DNA from: a virus
Direction: 5' to 3' (one strand)
Length of the DNA: 64,000 bases
Virus record (IMG/VR): IMGVR_UViG_3300009124_000002
Span: 1-64,000 of that record
In this document: piece after piece, positions 37,878 to 45,413 of the stretch
Layout: the number at the start of each line of letters is the position of its first letter
How positions within the stretch are numbered: position 1 is the first letter of the stretch
Notes under the pieces: model-generated
Told to the model about the DNA's origin: nothing
Database searches by the model: none
What the model saw: the letters and a program-made list of their open reading frames with translations, nothing else
Program-made: the position numbers and the translations under genes

Positions 37878-39140
37878 TCAAGAGATGATTTCCTTGAGAA
37901 CCCTACCATCCTTAATGATTTCAATTGGACGGTTACCAGAGGTCATGAGCCGCTTCTCGGGATTGATACCCATAAGGTGATACAGAGTTGCTCCGTAATC
38001 AGCAGGGGTAACTAGATCTTCCTCTGGTTCGCTGCCAGTCATATCAGGTTTGCCATAGACAAATCCTCTCTTGACTCCACCACCAGCAAGTGCAATTCCA
38101 AAAAGCTTTGCCCAATGGTCACGACCAGCAGTTCGATTAATCTTTGGGGTGCGACCAAATTCAGAAGTCACGACCACCAGAGTTTCATCAAGCATACCCC
38201 GTTCATCAAGGTCGCGAATCAGTGCAGCATATGCTTTATCGAATTCAGGTTGCCATCTTGTGATTCCAGCCTCAATGCCATCGTGCATATCCCAACTCCC
38301 AAAGGTAACAGTGACATACCTTACTCCAGCTTCGACCAGACGACGAGAAAGAAGGAAACGAGAACCAGCAGCACCAGTTCCATAATTCTCTCGGGTCTTT
38401 GAATTCTCTGTCTTGAGGTCGAATGCTGCTCTTGCAGTTTCACTTGAAATCAGGTCATATGCCTGAGAGTAGAACTTGTCAACACCACTCATGACATCTG
38501 CCTTTTCTAGATTTGAAAAGTGATTGTCCACAATCGAGCGCATTGACCTGCGCTTGGCAAATCGATTGGTATCTACACCAGATGGTAGCCCAAGGTCTCT
38601 TACCTGAAAGTCACCAGATTCTGGATTTGAACCAAGCCCAAAGGGACCAAATGCAGTTGAGAGATAACCAGATCCACCATAATCATTTGCCTTGTTCGGA
38701 ATTGCCACATATGGTGGAATGTTGTTTCTTCCACCCAATTCATGTGCAACCACTGAACCAATACTAGGATATATGAGTGCTGGAGATGGGCGATATCCAG
38801 TCATCATGTTGTGCGTTCCTCTTTCATGTGCTGCTTCACCATGAGACATTGATTGAATCACGGTAATCTTGTCAGCAATCTTTGCAGTCTCACTTAGATT
38901 CTGTGAGAGTCTCAATCCAGCGACATTGGTATTCACTACACCCAAGGGACCACGATATTCAAGTGGAGCATCAGGAATTGGAATCCAGCTTTCCTGATGT
39001 GCCATGCCACCAGGAAGGAATATCTGAATCACACTCTTGGCACGAACCTTGAGATTTGACTCTGCTTGTGCCTTGAGAATAGATCCCATTGAGAGACCCA
39101 TCACGGAACCATTAAAAAGAAACGATCTTCTATTCATCAT
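37878..39140 (-). CDS. DUF1501-family protein with Tat signal (start revised to ATG 39140)
   Basis: NRRSFL; AKSVIQIFLPGG.AHQES...SMSH..AAH..G...GY.P...PS.GS...RRLVEAGVR.V...WD.H...DL..RGMLD.TLV...SEFGRTP.IN...GRDHW...AGGG...G..YG. Confidence 0.88.
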   Translation of the reverse strand: MMNRRSFLFNGSVMGLSMGSILKAQAESNLKVRAKSVIQIFLPGGMAHQESWIPIPDAPLEYRGPLGVVNTNVAGLRLSQNLSETAKIADKITVIQSMSHGEAAHERGTHNMMTGYRPSPALIYPSIGSVVAHELGGRNNIPPYVAIPNKANDYGGSGYLSTAFGPFGLGSNPESGDFQVRDLGLPSGVDTNRFAKRRSMRSIVDNHFSNLEKADVMSGVDKFYSQAYDLISSETARAAFDLKTENSKTRENYGTGAAGSRFLLSRRLVEAGVRYVTVTFGSWDMHDGIEAGITRWQPEFDKAYAALIRDLDERGMLDETLVVVTSEFGRTPKINRTAGRDHWAKLFGIALAGGGVKRGFVYGKPDMTGSEPEEDLVTPADYGATLYHLMGINPEKRLMTSGNRPIEIIKDGRVLKEIIS

Positions 39141-39144
39141 AGTA

Positions 39145-40494
39145 TTAGGCGATAATGCCTTTCTGGACTTCTCCATGAACATCAGTCAGACGAAAGTCTC
39201 GACCATTGTAGCGATAAGTGAATTCCTTGAAGTCAAACCCAAGAAGTGTAAGGACTGTGGCATGAAGGTCGTGGACATGGCATGGATTTTCAACTGCCTT
39301 GTATCCAAGTTCATCAGTTGCTCCATATGCAGTCCCACCCTTGACACCACCACCGATCAGGGCAGTGGAGAATCCAGTGTGTTGATGAGCACGACCAAAA
39401 TAACCATTACGACCAGCACCATCACGATGAGGTGTTCTTCCAAATTCACCACCAAGAATGATAAGAGTATCATGGAGCATTCCACGTTGCTTGAGGTCAT
39501 CAATCAATGCAGTCAAGGGACCATCGATACCCTTCGCTCTTACTGTCAATGAAGTAAAGAGATTGTCATGCATATCCCAACCTCCGTTCCATGCCTGTAC
39601 AAAACGAACACCACGTTCAAGAAGTCTCCGGGCGATAAGAAACTGCTTGCCTGTATCTGTGTTTCCATAAGTATCCCTTACTTTCTTTTCTTCCTTACTT
39701 ACATCAAATGCCTCTGTTGCTTCAATTTGCATATTGTATGCAATCTCGTATGACTTGATTCTGTTCTCCAATTCAATATCTTTACCATTCAACTGCGAGT
39801 GCATGGTATTCATCTTAGCAAGGAGATCAAGTTTTCTTCTCTGCTCTTGAAGTGTTCCGCTTGTCTTGATGTTGGCAATCATTTGATTCACATCACGCAA
39901 ACGAGTATCGATTGGAGTTCCCTGATAGAGACCGGGAAGAAAGGCAGACTGCATACTCTCTGTGTATCTCTGAGCACCACCGGGAGCAAGAGAAACAAAA
40001 CCGGGGAGATTATCATTTGCCAAACCAAGACCATAGGATACCCATGAACCAAAGGAAGGGCGAGGTAATGAAATCTGTCCAGTATTGAACATACGAACAC
40101 CAACATCATGGGCAGGAACATCTGTCATCATTGAACGAACTACACAGATATCATCAGCGTGTTTTTGCAATTGAGGAAAGCAAGAAGACATCAAGAGACC
40201 AGACTGACCACAAGGAGTAAACTCAAAATCAGTGGCATGACCAAGACGATTGCCGTTGATCTTTTTGCCATCAAACTTTTCGAGTTCTGGTTTGTAATCC
40301 CACATATCCAGATGTGTTGATGCACCTTGTAGGAAGATGTGTAGAATTCTCTTTGCTTTTCCTTGAGGTGCAACTGCCTGTGCGTTCTCATTGAACATTG
40401 TGCTTGCAGCGATCGCACCAAGACCCATACCTGTTGAACGCAGAAATTCTCTACGGGAGGATGGAAGTGGTTTGATATTAGAGCATGTATTCAT
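39145..40494 (-). CDS. DUF1501-family protein with Tat signal (second subtype)
   Basis: SRREFL; KAKRI.HIFLQGA.THLD.WDYKP...RSM.T....H...RPS.GSW.SYGLG..N.NLPGF...ARRL.ERGVRFVQ...WD.H...GEFGRTP...HDLHAT.L.LLG.D...TYR.NGRD.RLTDV.G. Confidence 0.9.
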   Translation of the reverse strand: MNTCSNIKPLPSSRREFLRSTGMGLGAIAASTMFNENAQAVAPQGKAKRILHIFLQGASTHLDMWDYKPELEKFDGKKINGNRLGHATDFEFTPCGQSGLLMSSCFPQLQKHADDICVVRSMMTDVPAHDVGVRMFNTGQISLPRPSFGSWVSYGLGLANDNLPGFVSLAPGGAQRYTESMQSAFLPGLYQGTPIDTRLRDVNQMIANIKTSGTLQEQRRKLDLLAKMNTMHSQLNGKDIELENRIKSYEIAYNMQIEATEAFDVSKEEKKVRDTYGNTDTGKQFLIARRLLERGVRFVQAWNGGWDMHDNLFTSLTVRAKGIDGPLTALIDDLKQRGMLHDTLIILGGEFGRTPHRDGAGRNGYFGRAHQHTGFSTALIGGGVKGGTAYGATDELGYKAVENPCHVHDLHATVLTLLGFDFKEFTYRYNGRDFRLTDVHGEVQKGIIA

Positions 40495-40495
40495 A

Positions 40496-43120
40496 TTAGT
40501 TAATATACATCGTCTCGTTTGACATCACCATGACATGAATGAATTGTTCAAATGGAGAGTATGTATCTTGTGGGGTTGATTGAATGAACTTGATTGCAAG
40601 CTTGGTTTCCATATCGGTTGGATTCCTTTGCAGGAGCAATTGATAGATTGCTTGTATCTTTCCCGGTTCATCGATTACCTTATCGAATCTGCTTGCGATT
40701 TCTTTTACTTTCACCATCATCATTGAATTATTTAACATGAACAAAGACTGTTGTGGAACGGATGACCGAAATCTCTTTCCTGTTGGGAGGTTTGGATCAG
40801 CCATATCGAAATTGGATAGAATCTCTGGAAGACGACGACGATCAATCTCACCAAAGATAGAACGAGCATTGGGGTATGGTGAATTAAACAGTTTGACTGG
40901 TCCTCCATGTGCCTTTTCAAAATTACCACCATTGGCAAAGAAGAAGAGAGAATCACGAATACCTTCAAACTCAAGGCGTCGAATATTCTGACGGTGCAAG
41001 AAGATGTTACCGGGGTCTTTGAGTTCCATCTTTCCATCTGCCTTACTTGATTGACGATATGTGCGACTTGTGACAATCAGACGATGCAACCTCTTGATGC
41101 TCCAGTTATTCTCCCTCAGATAATTTGAAAGAAATTCTAGTAGTTCTGGATGACTTGGGTCTTCTGCCTGAATCCCAAAGTCATCTGGTGTATCCACAAA
41201 ACCACGACCAAAGTGGTGCATCCAAATTCGATTTACAAAGGAACGTGTGGAGAGTGGATGTTCAATAATTGAATTTGCAAGTTCAAGTCTACCTGAAGTC
41301 TTGTCAGGATACTTTCCTCCATCTGGATCAAGGTATTCAATGAAAGAACGTGGGGCAGAATCACCAAGTTTTCTTGCATTTCCCAAAAGGAAGATACGAG
41401 AAGTCACTGGTCGATTCTCTGTAATCACCATACTACGTGGAGGCGTCACACTGCTTGCCCACTCATGGTCAATGAGTTTGGCGGTAACACGTTGAAGACC
41501 TCTTTGATATTGAGTCCTCTCGCGGTTGTTTAGAATCCTCCAGAAATTCTCAATATCACCAAGGTCACACGGACCTTTATCCTTGAATAGAATCTTATCA
41601 GCCTTCTTTTGAAGAGACGATAATGGCTTCTTATTGATCTTCTTTTCATAAGTTTCGTAGAAGAGTCTACCATACCATGCTGCAACCTGAACAGGAGTCT
41701 CTGCCTTTGCAAGACGAAGACCTCTCAGGATAATCTCATTAACCTTACGAATCTCTTCTTCTGATTTCTTTACTGATTTGCTTACTTTTACTAGTTGGTA
41801 AACTTTCCAGAAATCATCTTTGCTGTTCATTTCACGATTCCAGTTAGACATCATCCTACCAACAAGACCAGTCACCTTATCAACCTTATTAGTTCTGGAA
41901 TACTGCCCCTTGGCTTCATTCGGTACCTCATTGTAATAGTTGTGTGTATGGACGATATACTGAATAGAACCTTTGCGGAAATGGTCATACCATCTTGAAT
42001 ACTCCTTGCGTTTATACACTTGGATATCAGAAGCCAACTTTTTCTTCTTGGTGATATACTCATTAAATCCATTTGAACCAGTTGTGTCTTCTGTCATTGG
42101 AAGCTCAAATTCATTCGGTTCACGCACTGAACGAAAGATTCCATGTAGTGCATAGTAATCCTTCTGACTGATTGGATCGAACTTATGATCATGACACCTC
42201 GCACAAGTAACAGTCAATGAAAGGAATCCCTTGGTGATGACATCGATGCGATCATCAATCACATCATTTGCATTATTGTCACGACGACCAATAGTGATGA
42301 ACCCAAGCCCTCCTGTATCTGGTTTTGGAAGAAGGTCACCAGCAATCTGTTCCTGAATGAATCGATTGTAAGGCTTGTCTTCATGAAAGGAATCAATCAC
42401 ATAATCACGATATGACCATGCATAAACATAACGAGGATCATCACGACGATTATTGGCACCACCCTTGTAATCACTATAGCGAGCAACATCCAGCCAGTGT
42501 CTTGCCCATCTCTCTGCATATGCTCTGGATGAGAGAATCTCGTCTACGATTTTGTAATAGTTCTTTCCACCATTTTCAAATTCAGAAACCTGAAGTGGAG
42601 TAGGTGGTAATCCAGTCATATCAAAGTAGAGACGACGAATCAACTCTCTCTTTGTTGCTTCAGGCGAAAAGAGCGCACCTTGTTTCTTGAGACCATCGGC
42701 AATGAAGTTGTCAATAGGATTCTCCTGTTTGAAATCTGGAACTGTTGGAGTATATGCCTTCTTGAATGCCCAATGTGATTCCACCTCTTTACCCCAACGG
42801 GAACCTGATGCAGTGAAATTGGTGGGAAGCTTGGCACCATTCTTGATCCATGAAGCAAGGATGTTTCGATTTACTTCTCCAAGGTCTCTCTTTGGTGGCA
42901 TATCACCAGAGACAATGGCATTAAGCAGGACGTTGTCTTTGAGTGCTTTCTGAATGCCTTCCTTGGAGTCCAGTAATGTATCACCTTTGACTCTCTTTGC
43001 CTTGGATGAATGACACTCATAGCAGTTATTTGCGATAAGTGGACGAATTGCATTCTCAAAATCATCTGCACCAAAGACGAAACAAGCGGACAAGAATAGT
43101 ATTGATAATACAAGTTTCAT
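40496..43120 (-). CDS. planctomycete cytochrome c (PSCyt1) + DUF1549 + DUF1553 (PSD1) domain protein, two CxxCH haem motifs
   Basis: Signal peptide; IRP....CYECH...MPP; HWAF...NPID.FI...RRLY.D.TGLPP...ERWARHWLDVARY.D; CARCHDHKFDPI.Q.DYY.L; SGRLELA...R..VNRIW.HHFG.G.V.TPDDFG...PSHPELL...WS.K.LHRLIV.S.TYRQSS. Confidence 0.92.
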   Translation of the reverse strand: MKLVLSILFLSACFVFGADDFENAIRPLIANNCYECHSSKAKRVKGDTLLDSKEGIQKALKDNVLLNAIVSGDMPPKRDLGEVNRNILASWIKNGAKLPTNFTASGSRWGKEVESHWAFKKAYTPTVPDFKQENPIDNFIADGLKKQGALFSPEATKRELIRRLYFDMTGLPPTPLQVSEFENGGKNYYKIVDEILSSRAYAERWARHWLDVARYSDYKGGANNRRDDPRYVYAWSYRDYVIDSFHEDKPYNRFIQEQIAGDLLPKPDTGGLGFITIGRRDNNANDVIDDRIDVITKGFLSLTVTCARCHDHKFDPISQKDYYALHGIFRSVREPNEFELPMTEDTTGSNGFNEYITKKKKLASDIQVYKRKEYSRWYDHFRKGSIQYIVHTHNYYNEVPNEAKGQYSRTNKVDKVTGLVGRMMSNWNREMNSKDDFWKVYQLVKVSKSVKKSEEEIRKVNEIILRGLRLAKAETPVQVAAWYGRLFYETYEKKINKKPLSSLQKKADKILFKDKGPCDLGDIENFWRILNNRERTQYQRGLQRVTAKLIDHEWASSVTPPRSMVITENRPVTSRIFLLGNARKLGDSAPRSFIEYLDPDGGKYPDKTSGRLELANSIIEHPLSTRSFVNRIWMHHFGRGFVDTPDDFGIQAEDPSHPELLEFLSNYLRENNWSIKRLHRLIVTSRTYRQSSKADGKMELKDPGNIFLHRQNIRRLEFEGIRDSLFFFANGGNFEKAHGGPVKLFNSPYPNARSIFGEIDRRRLPEILSNFDMADPNLPTGKRFRSSVPQQSLFMLNNSMMMVKVKEIASRFDKVIDEPGKIQAIYQLLLQRNPTDMETKLAIKFIQSTPQDTYSPFEQFIHVMVMSNETMYIN

Positions 43121-43126
43121 ATACTA

Positions 43127-43134
43127 TATTTATA
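43127..43134 (-). promoter_or_regulatory. T4-type late promoter TATAAATA, 6 nt upstream of the PSCyt gene start
   Basis: Exact match in the 19-nt intergenic gap. Confidence 0.75.
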
Positions 43135-43139
43135 AAAGC

Positions 43140-43604
43140 TTATTCTGTGAGTATTCGTCCTATGATTTGTTCTTTGTTGATGAAATAGTAATCGCTTATC
43201 TTACTGTTATCACCAAAGATAAGGTATTGATCGGGTTTCATCTCAAAGGTGAAATTTGTATTCAAGGGGGTGGGATAGTATAAGATATCTATGACTTCTT
43301 TACCATCTACTAGAATTACTGAATTTGAAATTGAAATTGTGGCAGGGTATCGGGCAATGACTCTCTTGATGACACGAACCATATCGCCATCCTCCACTAT
43401 ATCAGCAACAACAATATCACCAACATAGTAGTTGGGGCAATCCTTGCGAATCCATATGGTTTCCCATGACTTCAATGTTGGTTCCATACTCTTCCCAGAT
43501 ACCACAATGAAAGCAAAAAAGTGCTGGGAGAGATACCCCAGCACTGTTGTGATACCCAAGAGGGCAATGAGAAACCAGAATCTTACTCCATGCTTTCTCG
43601 ACAT
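43140..43604 (-). CDS. lepB: signal peptidase I (S26)
   Basis: N-terminal TM; VSGKSMEPTL (catalytic Ser), GDIVV, IKRVIA (catalytic Lys), GDN..ISD, IIGR. Confidence 0.85.
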   Translation of the reverse strand: MSRKHGVRFWFLIALLGITTVLGYLSQHFFAFIVVSGKSMEPTLKSWETIWIRKDCPNYYVGDIVVADIVEDGDMVRVIKRVIARYPATISISNSVILVDGKEVIDILYYPTPLNTNFTFEMKPDQYLIFGDNSKISDYYFINKEQIIGRILTE

Positions 43605-43717
43605 TTTCTTTTGTCCAGTTGACGCCTTGCTTTTTTCGTATTCTTCTTGTATGCCTTCTCCTGACTGCGAGAAGTTGAAAAGGGAAGACCCTTTGATTTT
43701 GCTACTTCATCTTTCAT
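43583..43717 (-). CDS. small basic hypothetical protein
   Basis: 44-aa ORF MKDEVAKSKG... filling the gap. Confidence 0.45.
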   Translation of the reverse strand: MKDEVAKSKGLPFSTSRSQEKAYKKNTKKARRQLDKRKCRESME

Positions 43718-43721
43718 TGTT

Positions 43722-44042
43722 CTATTTATTCTTTCGTATTGTAATGACGATGGTGCCCACGATGGCAATTGAAATTCCCATCTGAGTAGTGATGAGTGCT
43801 TTTGAAATCCCCTTTGCTAGATTATCGATAGATGATGTCCCTCCAACTGAAAGTGCTTGAAATGTCTGCATCATACCCAAGACAGTTCCCAGAAGACCAA
43901 CAAGAGGGACAGAATTGACAACGATATTTGCCATCCAGTGATCACTAGAAAATGCAAGAGCATATGCCCAACATCCCAATAAGGCGATGACGATCATTGT
44001 CCAACCACCCGAGATCCAGTAATCGATTATTGTTTGTATCAT
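43722..44042 (-). CDS. MotA/TolQ/ExbB proton-channel family protein, compact (start revised to ATG 44042)
   Basis: GGWTM..I; PLVGLLGTVLGMMQTF...LAKGISKALITT..G..IAI. Confidence 0.82.
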   Translation of the reverse strand: MIQTIIDYWISGGWTMIVIALLGCWAYALAFSSDHWMANIVVNSVPLVGLLGTVLGMMQTFQALSVGGTSSIDNLAKGISKALITTQMGISIAIVGTIVITIRKNK

Positions 44043-44143
44043 TAAGATGAACAACCGGAGCCAAGAGGACAAACATAAACCGAAGAACCAACGTTCTTCA
44101 ACTCTTTGCCACAGCGATCACATTTTCGTTTTTGTTTTTTCAT
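44042..44143 (-). CDS. tiny Cys-rich zinc-finger-like peptide (MKKQKRKCDRCGKELKNVGSSVYVCPLGSGCSS)
   Basis: ATG 3 nt after the tmRNA CCA; TAATG coupling to the ExbB-like gene; four Cys. Confidence 0.45.
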   Translation of the reverse strand: MKKQKRKCDRCGKELKNVGSSVYVCPLGSGCSS

Positions 44144-44146
44144 AAA

Positions 44147-44563
44147 TGGTGGAGGCGGCGGGAGTCGAACCCGCGTCCAATACTACCTAGTATGCTCTTC
44201 TACACGTTTAGCTCGACTCTCTATACTCCTGATGCATCATCGAGCATCCTCATCAGGAGGTTGAACCAAGTGTCTTAGGTGATGGTGTCTGGTTCCATCC
44301 AGTCATCACAGCAGCCTCTGCTTTAGTAACCGCGAACTCAACGAGGCATTAAGTCCACGATCTGGTTATGCAACCACTTCAGCGACTTCGGCTCCAGCCA
44401 GAACAGCATCAGCATTGTTCATGATGGCAGCAGCTTCGTCAAGAAGACCGGCAATGTTATCTTCGCCATTTAGTTTTTTTAGTCGATTTTTAATGAGACC
44501 ATTCGACCAACTCATACGTGCTTCTTCATTCATCAGCAATACTGTCGAAACCAGTACGCCCCC
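44147..44563 (-). ncRNA. ssrA: tmRNA
   Basis: 5' GGGGGCGTACTGGTTTCGACAG and 3' GGACGCGGGTTCGACTCCCGCCGCCTCCACCA form an Ala-type acceptor stem with G3.U; internal tag ORF at 44467-44366. Confidence 0.92.
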
Positions 44564-44568
44564 GAAAT

Positions 44569-44658
44569 TGGCGGTGAGAGAGGGATTTGAACCCCCGGTT
44601 GCTTTTACACAACTCCTGTTTTCAAGACAGGTGCATTAAACCGCTCTGCCATCTCACC
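44569..44658 (-). tRNA. tRNA-Ser(TGA)
   Basis: Cloverleaf with long variable arm, loop CTTGAAA, GCCA end. Confidence 0.92.
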
Positions 44659-44662
44659 AAAG

Positions 44663-44739
44663 TGGTCGGAAAGACAGGATTTGAACCTGCGACATCCTGC
44701 TCCCAAAGCAGGTGCTCTACCAAACTGAGCTACTCTCCG
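44663..44739 (-). tRNA. tRNA-Pro(TGG)
   Basis: CGGAGAG..., loop TTTGGGA, ACCA end. Confidence 0.92.
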
Positions 44740-44743
44740 AAAA

Positions 44744-44818
44744 TGGCATCCCGTACCAGAATCGAACTGGTGTTCTCGCCGTGAAAGGGCGATGTCCTAA
44801 CCGCTAGACGAACGGGAC
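44744..44818 (-). tRNA. tRNA-Glu(TTC)
   Basis: GTCCCGTTCGTCTAGCGGTTAGGAC..., loop CTTTCAC, GCCA end. Confidence 0.92.
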
Positions 44819-44829
44819 TTAATGTTAAA

Positions 44830-44919
44830 TGGCGGCTGGAAAGAGATTCGAACTCTTGGTACCCTTTCGAGTACGACAGTTTAGCAAACTGTTGCTTTAG
44901 ACCACTCAGCCATCCAACC
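44830..44919 (-). tRNA. tRNA-Ser(GCT)
   Basis: Long variable arm, loop TTGCTAA, GCCA end. Confidence 0.92.
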
Positions 44920-44925
44920 TGAAAT

Positions 44926-45002
44926 TGGTTGGCGCAGTAGGATTTGAACCTACGACCTTTCGATTATCAATCGAATGCTCTAACCAACTGAGCTATGCGC
45001 CA
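44926..45002 (-). tRNA. tRNA-Ile(GAT)
   Basis: Loop TTGATAA, ACCA end. Confidence 0.92.
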
Positions 45003-45009
45003 ATGAAAA

Positions 45010-45085
45010 TGGAGCCAGATGTCAGATTCGAACTGACGACCGACGGTTTACAAAACCGTTGCTCTACCAACTGAGCTAATCTGGC
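45010..45085 (-). tRNA. tRNA-Thr(TGT)
   Basis: GCCAGAT..., loop TTTGTAA, TCCA end. Confidence 0.92.
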
Positions 45086-45087
45086 AT

Positions 45088-45164
45088 TGGTGGACCCTAT
45101 AGGGGTTGAACCTATGACCTACCGATTATGAGTCGGGTGCTCTGACCAACTGAGCTAAGGGTCC
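45088..45164 (-). tRNA. tRNA with CAT anticodon, most likely Ile2 (lysidine-type)
   Basis: GGACCCTTAGCTCAG...CCGA-CTCATAA-TCGG resembles bacterial tRNA-Ile2; isotype is inferred. Confidence 0.8.
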
Positions 45165-45173
45165 ATTAGAAAT

Positions 45174-45249
45174 TGGTGCCCCCACTAGGACTCGAACCTA
45201 GAACCACCTGATTAAAAGTCAGATACTCTACCAATTGAGCTATAAGGGC
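45174..45249 (-). tRNA. tRNA-Lys(TTT)
   Basis: Loop CTTTTAA, ACCA end. Confidence 0.92.
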
Positions 45250-45254
45250 GGAAG

Positions 45255-45330
45255 TGGTAGCAGGAGTGGGATTTGAACCCACGGTCTTCTGGATATGAGC
45301 CAGACGAGATAACCACTTCTCCATCCTGCA
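45255..45330 (-). tRNA. tRNA-Met(CAT), initiator-like
   Basis: T1/T72 mismatch, GGAG/CTC D-stem (purine11-pyrimidine24), loop CTCATAT, ACCA end. Confidence 0.8.
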
Positions 45331-45335
45331 TTAAA

Positions 45336-45407
45336 ATTGAGGGCGGGACTCGAACCCGCAACCTCTTCCGTGACAGGGAAGTACTCTACACTTTGAGTTA
45401 CGTCACT
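45336..45407 (-). pseudogene. degenerate tRNA-Asp(GTC)
   Basis: Intact D, anticodon (CTTCC-CTGTCAC-GGAAG) and T arms, but acceptor AGTGACG/CCTCAAT has two mismatches and no encoded CCA. Confidence 0.7.
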
Positions 45408-45413
45408 AGAAAT

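Noticed and set aside
40496-43120. Lipobox LSAC in the PSCyt protein N-terminus
   Set aside because: Hydrophobic residues continue after the Cys (FVFGA), so SPase I cleavage is at least as likely; cannot be resolved by eye
44147-45407. Stop-codon recoding or suppressor tRNAs
   Set aside because: No CTA/TTA/TCA anticodons; TAA, TAG and TGA all end conserved genes at the expected places
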